Notes under the pieces: model-generated | Told to the model about the DNA's origin: nothing | The model's input: only the letters and a program-made list of their open reading frames with translations | The model's database searches: none | Part shown: positions 25,960 through 39,118 of the stretch, piece by piece | How positions within the stretch are numbered: position 1 is the stretch's first letter | How the letters are laid out: each line of letters starts with the position of its first letter | DNA from: Octopus sinensis | Lineage: Eukaryota | Direction of reading: 5' to 3' | DNA length: 64,000 nt | NCBI RefSeq assembly: GCF_006345805.1 | Contig: NC_043004.1 | Location: 1,364,001-1,428,000 of the forward strand | Position numbers and translations under genes: made by a program

Positions 25960-25976
25960 TACGCATATATACATAT

Positions 25977-26056
<80 letters not shown>

Positions 26057-26071
26057 ATACATACATACATA

Positions 26072-26120
<49 letters not shown>

Positions 26121-26202
26121 TACATACATATATATATATATCATATATATATATATACATATACATATATATATATATACACACACACATATATATATAT
26201 AA

Positions 26203-26283
<81 letters not shown>

Positions 26284-26600
26284 AGAGTATCCAGTCACCG
26301 TATTACTACAATAATGATACCAAGCATTATGGATGAACAATACTTGGGCACTTCCACCGAAATAATCTTCAAAAATATATAACACACACACACACACACA
26401 CACACTCACACGCGCACACATACACACACGCACACCCACACAAATATGTACTATGTATATACATACATATATATGTATATACATATATATATTTATACAC
26501 ATGTATATATATATGTATATATATATATATACATATCCATATATATTCTCATATATATTTAGGTGTCTATATATTTATATTTATATATACATATATATTT
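25960..26600. repeat. Compound (TA)n/(CA)n microsatellite with a short non-repeat insert (~26283-26375)
   Basis: Direct reading. Confidence 0.9.
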
Positions 26601-27186
26601 ATGTATATATATAATGTATGTATATATATATAACTATGTATGCATATCTGTGAATATAAATAACTAGGTATGCATGAGTGCATATATATGCATGTATAAG
26701 AAAACAAAATAAAAACCCGAGAGATTGTTTATGAGATATTCACACCATCTTACGTACTTTTCATTAACAAACGGTACTTATGTTTTAGATAAAGCAATAT
26801 AAATAATGAAGGTTTAATTTCAAATCGTCAGAGATGTTTCCCTTTTATGCACATCATTACTGGATGGAAAAGATGTTGACAGAATTCACCATCGTGGAGA
26901 TGGCAAGCGATTGTATTAAATTGATTCGAGGGAGGACTTTATGATATCTGCTGAAGAAAATAGACAAGAGCAGCGGGGGAAGATATTAAATTTATATATA
27001 TATATCTTAGAATGTTTTCTGCTTAATAGTTTTATTGGGTCTTTTTATCAGTTGTTTTTCTTTGATTCTTCTCAAGATTAGACAGCCATATTATTTGTAT
27101 TATTGCTTGTTTAAATGTATAACCATTTAGAAATTTATACTCGCAAACAGTAACTTATACACATTATATTCATGTATGTATGTATG

Positions 27187-27217
<31 letters not shown>

Positions 27218-27618
27218 TTATGTGTGTGTGTATGTATGTATGTATGTATGTATGTATGTATGTTTGCATACACAAACACACGCATATATATTCGCATATA
27301 TACATACACACATGTATGTATGAATGCATATATGTAAGTATGTATATTTGTATGCATGTATATGATGGACACTCTGTCTAATTTACCCGATGGCACATTT
27401 AATATTCTCTATCCGAAATTTATATGCTGTACGCTGAATATGGTAAACAATATCAAAATTATAGAAAATTTTGTAAAAATGTGAGTATATAAAAAATATA
27501 CAATATATATTTTGTAGTTCTATATTTAAGAGATGAGGAATTTAATGGCCAATCCGGCGCGCTTATTATTTACATTATTTACATTTGACGGATATTTGTT
27601 CTCATCTTGTTTGTTGAT

Positions 27619-27663
27619 AACACAACATTTCGGCTGATATACCCTCCAGCCTTCATCAGGTGT

Positions 27664-27664
<1 letters not shown>
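27619..27664 (-). ncRNA. Minimal type I hammerhead ribozyme motif (left arm; C15.2 changed to U)
   Basis: gacac CTGATGA a ggctg-gagggtatat-cagcc GAAA t GTT gtgtt. Confidence 0.5.
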
Positions 27665-27740
<76 letters not shown>

Positions 27741-27786
27741 TCGCAGAATACCTTAGGAGTGAGAACTCAGGTTCGAAATTTCCCAA

Positions 27787-27832
27787 GACACCTGAAGAAG
27801 GCTGGAGAGTATATCAGTCGAAACGTTGTGTT
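27787..27832 (+). ncRNA. Minimal type I hammerhead ribozyme motif (right arm)
   Basis: gacac CTGAAGA a ggctg-gagagtatat-cagtc GAAA c GTT gtgtt; stems I and II pair; stem III is the palindrome AACGTT. Confidence 0.6.
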
Positions 27833-28049
27833 AACAACAAGCAAGATGAGGGCAAATATCTGTCAAATGTAAATAACATAAATGATGTACATAATTTCTC
27901 ATCTCTTTTTAATATAGAACTGTAGAACAAATTAGTTTGGAAAATTAATAATCGAGTTTTGACTACTTACCTTACTGTTGCTTCTTTCGGACTCTGAACT
28001 TTCTTAATTCTCTAAAATGTTGATAATATTCTGGAATATCTGCTTCTGT

Positions 28050-28730
28050 TGATAAGTCATTGTACAAAATAACATTATAAAGGGATTTTCGTATATCAGT
28101 CATTGTTTCTTAGGCAATCGTGCGTTGTCTTCTCTGCTGTCGCTCCTCACTTTCTGTGTCTTCCAACCAAATGTGAATATCGTCTTCAATGGCATCTGTT
28201 ACATTTGCTCTCTCAGGAATAAAACGAAAATATTTTGCCCTGAATCCTTCAAAGTCGTCTTCCACCTCAACACAGCACAGAAGTGTTTTTTCCAATCAAT
28301 ATCTCGAGTGCTATTCTTCAGTGCCGACCATGTAGCCGCTAACTGAACACTAGAGCTGAAGATGTAATCTGTGGGGTGTCATTGAGAGTGCTTCGTGCTT
28401 GGGTATCTTCTAGAAGATCGTTTTTTTCCATCACTGCATCGGTTATACGTTTCGTTAGAGACATATAACTCTTACTGATAATAGTTATACTTTGTCACAT
28501 TGGATGCATCATTGAGAAAACTTTAGATGACAAAAACACAAATCTTATTCTACCGGCATTACTGTTAGTATTTCCTAAAACTTCAAAGTTAAATGATAAT
28601 TGAGAAATCAACCGGTCCACGTGTTTTAAACGACAATACATCTGCCACCACCACATTGTTATTATTCTAAGTAATTGTGCTTCAAAATACATATCTTTAA
28701 TGTCTGATTGTCCTCACATTTCATTCCTCA
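28050..28730 (-). pseudogene. Decayed pogo/Tigger transposase (DDE_1 C-terminal part)
   Basis: AGRIRFVFLSSKVFSMMHPM resembles LFLPPNxTSxIQPMD; QLAATWSALKNSTRDIDWKK resembles IAxAWxxVKxSTLxNxWKK; followed by EVEDDFEGF. Confidence 0.6.
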
Positions 28731-30085
28731 AACAATATGCTGATGAATTGTAAATTATGGCAACTTCCTTAATAGAGTCTGTTGTAAAGAGGGGGGAACA
28801 CTATCTTTACGCAGTGGATCTTGGATGTATCTGCTTGGAGAGGCCCTACGATCACACATCATCCTGAACCAACAGCACTGCTATTGATTATTGTTATGAA
28901 TTGTTCCTATCCTGTGTTACTTGTTTCATAAATCTAGTAAAGACAAAGGAACGCTTACTTGGTCGCCAATACGAGTAGAAACAACATCCAAATGTCTCTC
29001 GAATGAAATTCTGCTATTTTGAACAAGAAGGCCGTAGTAGAACAGCGTAATTCTTGATACTCCCTAAACGGAAAAATTGTCATGGCCTTCGTCTTTTTGA
29101 GGAGTATTTGTACTATTATATGATTAAAAATACAGAGACTGACGATGCAATTCATATTAGAAGCATTGTTCGTGAATCAAGCCAGAGGTTTATTAGAGAG
29201 AGACTAAATCAGTGAATAACATGGTATGCCTACCCCCTCGTGAATGGATTAATGATCTATTTTAGGACTTGTTGTCAAGAGACAAATCATGTTGGATTTC
29301 AATGCTTGAGTTTGAACTGCCTCATATTCAAATAACAACTGATGCAGTTGACTTAGGCCATGTCTCATTAATACATTTGGACCCACAAGCGATAATGGGC
29401 TGAGTCAATCCGGGTATAATTTGAAACAGACTCATATGCTCCAGATTTTAATGTGTTTCCTTTTAATCTCTTTGGTGTCTTTAGTCCAGCAGATCGAGTA
29501 GATAGGGGTTAGACTGCAGTCCAGCAGGATGATTACTCGTTTCCCTCTGTAAAACACTTCTGTGTCATTCGTTAAAACAATTTTCCTCGGCTTCATTCAA
29601 CTAGATACAAATAGGTACCATGTGTAGTATCTAAGTTATGGCTTACTGTTGAAAAAAAAAAATAAAAGAAAATAAAAAGAGCGAGATTACTATGTACTTA
29701 AAGGATGTTTGGCTAACTCACAGTGTTCAGCTTGGGTCCCCTTATATTAGAAAGGCACTAATATATACTTAAGAAACCCTGAAGTTGTAAGGGCTATTAA
29801 AAGTTTAATCCCCATACAACATGTTGCACTGTATAAGACAGAATGAATTATTTAGCAAATGAATAAAGAAGGAAATGGAGGAAGCTGAAAAAGGAAGAGA
29901 AAGAAACAAGCGTAGACATATCGACCTCCTACTGCTCCACTCCCATTTGTATGTAATTCAAATGGTATAAGAGAATTATTTTATTCCGTAATTATATGCA
30001 GCAGCTATACAACTATACTGGGGCAGTTGACTAAATCGTGGGGACGACAATAAAGTAAGTGGACGACGTCTGAACGACTGGGCAG

Positions 30086-30137
<52 letters not shown>

Positions 30138-30565
30138 TATATATACATATATAAAATAAATAAACATTTGTTACAAAAAAGTTTAGCAGATCGCATTTAT
30201 GCTATATTTAAGTGGTTGGGCAGAAGGTAAAATGACACTAATATCTGGTCCCCTGTACCTTGGCACTAACAACTTTCAGTGTTGAGTAACAACTGCGATA
30301 AATATTTTGCAGGATATAAATAACTCAGCCCTCAACAATAAACTAAAACAGGTTGATTAGCATTTTTTACGCGGATGTTTATTGAAGCGGATCCTATAAT
30401 GTGCTTGGAATGAACGAACTGCTGCATAAATTCGTTGTTGGTCACTGAAAACTTGCCAATGTCCCCCGTGGTGAACATATAATTCTGTTTGTCGGTTTAC
30501 AGAGTTGGCATTTGTTCTCAACCATAGTTTTCTTTTATATTTTTTCTCCAACTGCTGTCTGTTTC

Positions 30566-30604
<39 letters not shown>

Positions 30605-30974
30605 GACACATATACACACATACATACACACATATATACATACATACACATACAAATGCAATTACATATATATATATATACACATAATATATATATATAC
30701 TTACAGTTTCTTTTTTGTTTTCTTAAACGTTAGTATCGTAATGAAAAGCTGAAGTTAGTATAACCGGCATATCAGCCAACGAGTTCCTGGTTCGTATCCC
30801 CATCACCAGTACTGAAATATTTGTGCCCACTACAGAGGCATTTGAGCCTGAAAGCTCCAGACACAATGCATCAGGCCGCAAACAACAAATGCATGCGTCA
30901 CAACAGTGGAAAGTAGCGTTGCCCTCTTATTTATAGGTGTTTGGTTACCTTATAGTGACAGCCATTCAATGCAG

Positions 30975-31760
30975 ACACAAACAATAGGATTTATCTTCAG
31001 AAGCTGGATTGCTGCAATGTACTGCGATATTTGCATGTTGGTCAGCAGAACTGATCACCTGTCGGAATGGTTCATTTTCATGCGTTTGGTCTATCAAGGG
31101 TGCCTTCTCGCCCCTTTTGTACTGATCCTTGAGCCACTACAGCAACAGTTGGAGGATTCGAGGGCAATCCTGCGAAATATAGAATGTAGAGGACTCTTGT
31201 TTGCGTTTGCTGACGACGTCGCCGTAATAGTGCGGAGCGCCAAACGCATCGAAGTGATCGGTAACACCATGAAGTGGTAACGAGCAAAAATTATCTAAAA
31301 GTCGGTAGGACCGCAACTCGGCATCCGGAGAGGCAGGTCCATGCCATATAAAAGTATTGTGGGGTACTGTACTGACAGACTGGCTAAACAGTACGTGGAT
31401 TAGTTATGTCTAGTCCTCAAGGTGAACAAGATTTGGGAAGAAGTGAGGAACAGTATGGAGCGATAAGCCCTCTGTTGAAATGGACCAACAGAAAACTATC
31501 CTTGAAGAGCCAGGCAGGGGTGACGAATGCCTGCATTACATCCGTTAAATAGTGCCGTCTGACCCGCGTGCCTTACTCCTTTCTCACGGATGGCTAGAAT
31601 GATGCGCCTGCCTTCCGGCTTTCTGTAAAGAGGTCGGGTTCTGCTAGTCAGACAGCCTATTTGTTATCAACATCTGTTGCTTGGAGGACTGTGCATGCCG
31701 TGGTTACTCATAAATAGATGAACCAGACAGCTATACAGCATATACCACCATATCAAGAAA
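30975..31760 (+). pseudogene. Decayed RT fragment of an L1/Tx1-like LINE
   Basis: ORF 30906-31280: FRSWIAAMYCDI...HLSEWF...RLVYQGCLLAP...LEPL...FAFADDVAVIV (RT motifs 4-5). Confidence 0.75.
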
Positions 31761-31949
31761 GGAAAAAAATAGAAGATTGCTAAACGCAGAAGATATCGCT
31801 AGTACTTTGATGTTGTCTTTGAAAATCTATGTTAAACATAGCGAAGAAAGAATACTATCGGCGGCTACAAATGTTCAAAGAGTAAAACATTATTGAGACA
31901 GGAGACTTCAGGAAGTGAAGGGAGAACAACAGAGGAAGCAGTTGGAAAG

Positions 31950-32700
31950 AAATGGAATTACATGGCCAGTTCTTGCAGCAAACCGAGGATATGGGAAGCA
32001 AAGAACGCTGATTGTGGCTGGCTGGGGAAGACCTGAAACGGGACACCAAAGCAATAATTAAAGGCCCTTCCGCACAGGAGCAAACCATTTGGATGAATAT
32101 GACAACAGCAAAGATTGATAAGACTTATAAACAAATTAATAATCTGTGGGAAAGGAAACTAAAGTAACAACTGTCTCTTGAGTGAAGGTAGGAATCTAAC
32201 ACAAAAGGAGTTTAAGCGCAGGCATGATCATGTCGGTAAAATAATGTGTTAGCAGAATCGTTAGCACGTCGGGCGAAATGCTTAGCGGTATTTCGGCTGC
32301 CGTTACGTTGTGAGTTCAAATTCCGCCGAGGTCGACTTTGCCTTTCATCCTTTCGGGGTCGATAAATTAAGTACCAGTTAAGCACTGGGGTCGATATAAT
32401 CGACTTAATACCTATGTCTGTCCATGTTTGTCTCCTCTATGTTTAGCCCCTTGTGGGTAATAAAGAAATAAGGTAAAATAATGTGTTGGCATAGGGCTTC
32501 GAAATGACAGGAAAATGGTATAAACACACGAATCAAATGCTGTGATAGAAAATAAGAATTACTGGACTCTACAGGACTCCCTCGAAGGTATTGCCCACAA
32601 TACAGCTTGTAGATGACAAAAGAAACAGACAATGTAAGATCATAGGTCTTGATGATAACAGAGTAGATACTAAAGAAATTGGATACCTGCTGATGAGCAG
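31950..32700 (+). pseudogene. Decayed C-terminal (RLE-type) region of an R4-like retrotransposon, split by a SINE
   Basis: GQFLQQTEDM...LWLAGEDLKRDT...AQEQTIWMNMTTAKIDKT, GFEMTGKWYKH, and TIQLVDDKRNRQCKII. Confidence 0.65.
32251..32471 (+). mobile_element. SINE family C monomer with 16-bp target-site duplication
   Basis: ggtaaaataatgtgtt at 32235-32250 and 32472-32487. Confidence 0.9.
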
Positions 32701-32948
32701 GTATCGCCATGACAACTTTCTCTGTCATGGTCAATGCGACGATCACACGCTACACACCTTCCTTCCAAGTACTGCTGTAAACAGCGGAAGTGAGTCAGAA
32801 CGTTAAAACTTAGTGCACATGTACAGCAGAGATCGAGGTCAATCGCTGCCGTGTAGATTCACTCTGCTTGCTATAGCTTCGATACTAATGCAACAGTCCG
32901 GATACTTATTGATCGAACCTCTTACAGAGTATACAATATTATTTTCTG

Positions 32949-33294
32949 CTCTAGGCACAAGGCTCGAAATTTTGGGAGAGGGCGCCAGTCGATTAGATCG
33001 ACCCCAGTACGCAACTTGTACTTAATTTATCGACTCCGAAAGGATGAAAGGCAAAGTCGACCTCAGCGGAATTTGAACTCAGAACGTAAAGACAGACGAA
33101 ATACCTATTTCTTTACTACCCACAAGGGGCTAAACACAGAGAGGGCCAAACAAGGACAGACAAACGGATCAAGTCGATTATATCGATCCCAGGCAAAGTC
33201 GACCTCGGCGGAATTTGAACTCAGAACGTAGCGGCAGACGAAATACGGCTAAGCATTTCGCCCGGCGTGCTATCGTTTTTGCCAGCTCGCCGCC
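32949..33294 (-). mobile_element. SINE family C, dimeric form
   Basis: Reverse-complement match to 18894-19288, with part of one core deleted. Confidence 0.85.
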
Positions 33295-33314
33295 TTAACA
33301 GAGTATACGATCCG

Positions 33315-33465
33315 GTTCTATATTTAAGAGATGAGGAATTATGTACATTGTTTACATTATTTACATTATTTACATGTGACGGATATTTGTCCTCATCTTG
33401 TTTGTTGTTAATACAACTCCAGCCTTCATCAGGTATCTTGAATAATGATGATAAATATAATAATG

Positions 33466-33504
<39 letters not shown>

Positions 33505-33700
33505 TAATAATAATAATAATAATAATAACAACAACAACAATAACAACATCGAAAAATACCTTAAGAATGAGAACCCAGGTTCGAAATTTCCCCAAGACAC
33601 CTGATGAAGGCTGGAGGGTATACCAGCCGAAACGTTGTATTAACAACAAACAAGATGAGGACAAATATCCGTCAAATGTAAATAACGTAAATAATGTAAA
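33315..33700. mobile_element. Second copy of the hammerhead/(AAT)n fold-back element
   Basis: Same arms and spacer as 27516-27923; left HHR has an ~18-nt deletion; agagtatac occurs at 33300 and 33702 (possible TSD). Confidence 0.8.
33596..33641 (+). ncRNA. Minimal type I hammerhead ribozyme motif
   Basis: gacac CTGATGA a ggctgg-agggtata-ccagcc GAAA c GTT gtatt; perfect 6-bp stem II and one stem I mismatch. Confidence 0.65.
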
Positions 33701-33739
33701 TAGAGTATACAATATTAACAGGATGATGAATATATGATT

Positions 33740-35425
33740 CTCCTGACATCAGAAGGTTTCTAAGGTAATCGAGAAATGCAATAGAACCCGTCTCACTCTG
33801 CTCACGAGGAACACCATAGCGAGTATTTCTCTCTTCTCCGCAATTTTTCAACCTACAGGCCCATGCTCAGAGTAGGTTCTCCGAATGTATATTGTCAAGT
33901 AGCATTGGTCTGACTTTTTGTGCGAATTGGCATGCCCCAGACATTGGCTACTTTGTTCTTCTAAGAGACATTTTCTGGTGAATGCTCAGGCCATCTCTTT
34001 TATGTTGGTATTTCATAGTACTGGCATCACTTGCAGTGCATGCAAGTCGTAACTCTATCGTTTCTATAGATATTTTCTTACATGGTTAAGATCTGGCACC
34101 TAAAAACTGGGTTTAATTGTTTTTTTCTAATTTCCGCACATTACGTAGTTATTGATGGCTTATGGTCTCTGCTTTGAGTGTTGCACTTTTTAGCTAATCT
34201 TGTGATTTTCCTTAGAAGCTTGGCCATTACTTTATCGCGGCATTCTGCTGGCCAGTTTTAGAATTTAGCTGATCGCCAATTTCTATCACCGTTTCACTTT
34301 TTTCTTCATTACAATTTCTCATGGCAACTTCTGTTTTGTATTTTTTGGCTCATTTGAAGAAAGAAAACAGTTTGTATTTTAGCTTGTTCATGTTTTATTG
34401 CTGTTTGAATTAATTTTCCATGATTCTCTACTGGATATTTTTGTAACAGTACACTGGATACTCTATAATAATTTTCTATTTGCATAAGGGCCCTATGGAT
34501 TTTATTCGTGATATATAAAATATTCCTGTCTTAGATTTGAGTTGATGTATTCTAAATCCAGTCATTATTTTCTTTGTTTACCTGTTTTCATTTAGCGTTC
34601 AACTAAAAATATTTTTACCATAACTTATTACAAAGGGAACCAGAATATTGATGCCTATAATCTATATTTTGTATTTAGTAATTGCTTAAATAATTACAAT
34701 TAAGTAATTGACTTGATGCATCTATACTACTCTTTCCTAAACTTTTCTTCCCAAGTATTTGTTTGGTCTATTTCTTTTCTCTAAGATTCTTTATATGCAC
34801 AATACTCTTTACTCTTTTTACTCTTTTAGTTGTTTCAGTCATTTGACTGTGGCCATGCTGGAGCACCACCTTTAGTCGAGCAAATCGACCCCAGGACTTA
34901 TTCTTTGTAAGCCTAGTACTTATTCTATCGGTCTCTTTTGCCGAACCGCTAAGTTACGGGGGCGTAAACACACCAGCATCGGTTGTCAAGCGATGTTGGG
35001 AGGACAACACAGACACACAAACACATACATATATATATATATATACATATATACGACGGGCTTCTTTCAGTTTCCATCTACCAAATCCACTCACAAGGCT
35101 TTGGTCGGCCCGAGGCTATAGTAGAAGACACTTGCCCAAGGTGCCACGTAGTGGGACGGAACCCTGAACCATGTGGTCGGTAAACAAGCTACTCACCACA
35201 CAGCCACTCCTACGCCTATAATATTAATATTTTTAATGAATTTTCCTTTCTGCAAGAACGCCTTGACACATTTTTCTAAACTGAATCTCATATCGATTTT
35301 TTTAATCCACCCGTGTACTGTCGGAGGCAGTTTTCCGGCTTGTTTACCATCTGCAGTATATATTTTGAAATCAGCCATATACGAAAGATGATTCATTGAC
35401 TTAACCATAGAATTTTCATCCAATG
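33740..35425 (-). mobile_element. Older decayed copy of the Dong-like family, split by a family B SINE
   Basis: 35215-35425: MNHLSYMADFKIY...IDMRFSLEKC; 33740-34800: remnants collinear with 37000-38000 (LMQIENYYRV..., PENV...NVWGMPIRTK). Confidence 0.7.
34805..35216 (-). mobile_element. SINE family B, full length
   Basis: Reverse complement of 20188-20602; short (aaaagagt)n tail. Confidence 0.85.
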
Positions 35426-35448
35426 TATTACTATTATTATTATTATTA

Positions 35449-35492
<44 letters not shown>

Positions 35493-35543
35493 GTTGTTGT
35501 TGTTGTTGTTGTTATTGTTGTGGCTGTTATTGTTGTTGTTGTC

Positions 35544-35588
<45 letters not shown>

Positions 35589-35660
35589 GTTGTTGTTGTT
35601 GTTGTTGTTGTGGCTGTTATTGTTGTTGTTCTTGTCGTTATTATTATTATTATTATTATT
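35425..35660. repeat. (ATT)n/(GTT)n microsatellite with an internal duplication
   Basis: Direct reading; gttgtggctgttattgttgttgt occurs twice. Confidence 0.95.
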
Positions 35661-36224
35661 ACTCTTTGCGGGTAAGCCAAAGCCGGGTATTGTAATCATT
35701 CATCTTTGTTTGCCTGTGTGTTTGCAAAATTACTGGAAAAAGGCAGAATGAATTTTCTCCACTTTTGGCAGAAATACTCATTGGGTGAGTGGCATAAAAT
35801 AATGAACATTTGGTTTGATTATCTAAAAATAAAATAAAAAAATTAAATTGAACTTACATACTTCCCGATAAGCAAGTGGTCATAATATTTTGTTCACTTC
35901 CTTTTTCATAGGAATCGACCCTCGTCTGACTGTGTATAGATCATGGTGTACCTATGCGCGTAGACACGTGTGGGTACATACATACAGATAGACATACATA
36001 TGTGACTGAGTGTGTGTGTGTGTGCGCGTGTATACTGATGGATTCGAGTGTATCGTTTATTTACGAGTTGATTTCTTAACTTCCCTGAAGTATAAATAAC
36101 TATAATGGTGATACTGAAGAAAAACTTAATTCAGTTCAATTAAAAAAGCATTGTAAGCCACTCTACAATTTGCGAAAATATTTATCTGCACGCAGGGTAT
36201 GCATCGCACCTGCGATGCCTTCTT

Positions 36225-36269
<45 letters not shown>

Positions 36270-36274
<5 letters not shown>

Positions 36275-36683
36275 CATTTTTATTATTATCATTGCCTTTG
36301 TCCATCTTCTAACGCTGGAGATGTACTACTGTGTCAGCTGTTCACTACCAGTGAACTAAGGTAACACCTCTTATTTTTCGAGCGCCTTCCGGAGTATTCG
36401 AGCTGTTCCAAGCAGTGCTGTTTTCTGAAAGTGCTCTACCCTTATTTCAGCCCCTATTTGTTCCACGTACCTCTCGAAATTTTTACCCTCTGTTCCCAGC
36501 ACTCCTACAATTATTGATACTACTACAAACTTTTTCATCGACCACAACTGGTTAACTTCCCAAGCTAACCTGTCATATCGATCGACTTTTCTTTCTTCGT
36601 TATCGCATATTTATTGTCAGCTGGGCATGCTATATCTATGATCCAGAATAGTTTGTTTTCTTTTTCAATTAAGACTGTCTGGC

Positions 36684-36684
<1 letters not shown>
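36270..36684 (-). mobile_element. 3' fragment of a second RLE-type retrotransposon family
   Basis: VLIEKENKLFWIIDIACPADNK ... LAWEVNQLWSMKKFVVVSIIVGVLGT ... FQKTALLGTARILRKALEK, then 3' UTR and simple-repeat tail. Confidence 0.8.
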
Positions 36685-36752
<68 letters not shown>

Positions 36753-36948
36753 CATTCAGTAGTTTTATTTTTATAGCGTGCTTTCACTTCACTACTGAGC
36801 GCAGCTCTGTGTGCCTTGGGTATGTGCTGTGATTTGTTGTGATGCTCTGATGGTTATTGTATGGAAAGTGTTCTGCGTAGGATGTGTGCAGTGCCTAGTA
36901 GTGCAAATTTCTGTATGTTATATGTGTTTGTAAGTCCTGGTGTTTTTG

Positions 36949-37539
36949 TTATGTATTTGTCTGAATATTTTTTATCATGCCTAATGCACCTACTATGATA
37001 GGAATTGTTTCTGTTTTTAGATTCCACATTCTGGTTACCTCTATTTCCAGGTCTTTGTATTTTGAAAGTTTCTCCATTTCTTTTAGAGACACGTTGTCAT
37101 CTGCCGGTATTGATACATCAATTAGAAAGCATTTTTTTTCTTCATGATCTCTGACAACTATATCTGATCTGTTGGCCTTAATTTCTCTATCTGTGTGTAT
37201 CGGCATATCCCAGAGTATGGTTGCTTTCTCATTTTCTGTGACCTTTTCTGGTGTGTGCCTAAACCATCTTTTTTCTGTTGTTATTCCATAATGTTGGTAT
37301 AGCTTCCAGTGTATGTAGGTTCCAACTCTGTCATGTGTGTGAATATATTCCTTCTTAGCCAGGACTGGGCAGCCAGAGATAATATGATTTATTGTTTGTT
37401 GTCCATCTCCATATATTCTGCAGTTACTTGTTATATTTCTTTTCATTACAGGTTTTTGGTAGTTTCTGGTGGGGAGGCTTTGGTCTTGTGCTGCAATTAA
37501 AAATCCCTCTGTCTCTGCTTTGAGTCCTGAGCTTCTCAA
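36949..37539 (-). pseudogene. Zinc knuckle and restriction-like endonuclease segment (frameshifted)
   Basis: NCRIYG...INHIISGC (CCHC with C to Y), RSDIVV (PD to SD), CFLIDVSIP, EKLSKYKDL. Confidence 0.85.
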
Positions 37540-38009
37540 CCATTTAGTTTAGTCCAGTATTTACCATGAAGGAGCTTTTCTTGCCATCGTTTTATCATGG
37601 TTCTTTGCTGTTCTAGTTTTAGTTTGGATTTCATTTGTTTTATAGCTTTTGTTTCTTCTTCTTCTTCTTCTTCTTCTTCTTCTTCTTCTTCTTCTTTCTT
37701 CTTCTTCTTCTTCTTCTTCTTCTTTTCTTCTTCTTCTTCTTCTTCTTCTTCTTCTTCTTCTTCTTCTTCATATTTATTAGGTGGTATGATTTCTTGTTTG
37801 TATTTGTCAGCTTCCTTAAATACTGAGAACAGTTTTTTGTTTTGCTCGTGTTTTGCTGCTATCTGGATCAGTTTTCCTTCCTTCTGAAGTAGGTATTTTT
37901 GCAGTCCTATGGTGGTTATTTTATAGTAGTTTTCCAGCTGTATAAGGCCTCTACCACCTTCTATACGTTGTATATATAGTCTTTCTATGTCAGATTTTGG
38001 GTGATGCAT
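37536..38009 (-). pseudogene. Post-RT segment carrying an in-frame (GAA)n expansion
   Basis: HPKSDIERLYIQRIEGGRGL... then a poly-E/K run (37653-37769), then IKRWQEKLLHGKY. Confidence 0.85.
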
Positions 38010-38158
38010 CCTAGATCCTGTCAGTATTTTTCTTGTTTTCCTATCTATTTTGGACAGTTCATTTCGTGTCCAGTTAAGGATATTGTAGCTGTAACTTATA
38101 ACTGGGACAGCTAAAGTGTTGATACCTATTATCTTGTTTTCAGCATTGAGCTCTGTTT

Positions 38159-39118
38159 TTAGTATTGATCTAACTCGTCTATAATAATTTTTTTTATTTT
38201 CTCTTTCATTTGTGTGTGTTGTGTCTTATCTAGTTCATGGATTCCTAAGTAATTGTAAGTTTGGCTTTGGTCTAATTCTTTTATATCATTGGTTTTATCT
38301 AGTGTGATGTTGCTACTCTTAACTAGTTTACCTCTTTTCAGGGTTACTTTGGCGCATTTTTCTAATCCAAATTTCATATCTATTTCTTTGGTAAATCCAT
38401 GAACTGTCTTTAATAGTGTTTCCAGCTGTTTGTCATTTGCAGCGTATAGTTTTAGGTCATCCATATATAAAAGGTGGCTGATCGTTTTGCCGTAACATTT
38501 ATATCCGCATCCAGTTCTAATTAGCATATCAGATAGAGGTGACAGTGCCAAGCAGAAAAGGAGTGGAGATAGCGTGTCTCCCTGGAATATTCCTCTTCTA
38601 ATGGGGATGGCTTTGGTCTTCATGAGTCCCTCTTTTGTTTGGAGGTGTAGGACTGTTTGCCATTTATTCATAGAGTGTCCTATGTATTTTATAATTGTTG
38701 GTGCTACTTTGTTAATGGCTAGTGTTTCGAGGATCCATGTGTGGGGGATGCTATCAAACGCCTTTTTGTAGTCGATCCAGGCCATACTGAGGCCTTTCTT
38801 CTTTCTGTGGCTGTCTTCAGTTATGGCTTTATTAATCATTATTTGATCTTTACAGCCATATGAGCCTTTGCGGCATCCTTTCTGCTCTTCTGGAAACAGG
38901 TTGTTTTCATCCAGGTGCTTGTTCAACCTTTGCGATATCACTCCCATTGTAGGGAGACAGGTTATTGGTCTGTTGTTTTCTAGTTTTGCTGTCTCATTTG
39001 ATTTGGTAATTAAGATGGTTTTCCTCTTCGTGAGCCATTCAGGCATTGTCTCTGGCTCTGCTAGTATGTTGTTAAAGTTTTCAGCCAGCTTTTTGTGCAT
39101 TCCTGTTCGATATTTCAA
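38159..39118 (-). pseudogene. Reverse transcriptase domain (319-aa open segment of a frameshifted ORF)
   Basis: NRPITCLPT, EEQKGCRKGSYGCKDQ, WIDYKKAFDSIPH, GIFQGDTLSP, LLYMDDLKLY, KFGLEKC, YNYLG. Confidence 0.92.

Larger units (their letters stand above)
27516..27923. mobile_element. Fold-back element with two inverted hammerhead motifs around (AAT)n
   Basis: Inverted arms ~27516-27664 and ~27787-27923; central (AAT)n plus ~50-bp spacer; second copy at 33315-33700. Confidence 0.8.

Noticed and set aside
35393-35751. Poly-L/N/Y/C ORFs (also 27526-27786, 33221-33737, 36614-36832, 39597-39903) and poly-R/F ORFs at 52907-53272
   Set aside because: Translations of (AAT)n, (GTT)n and (GAA)n tracts.
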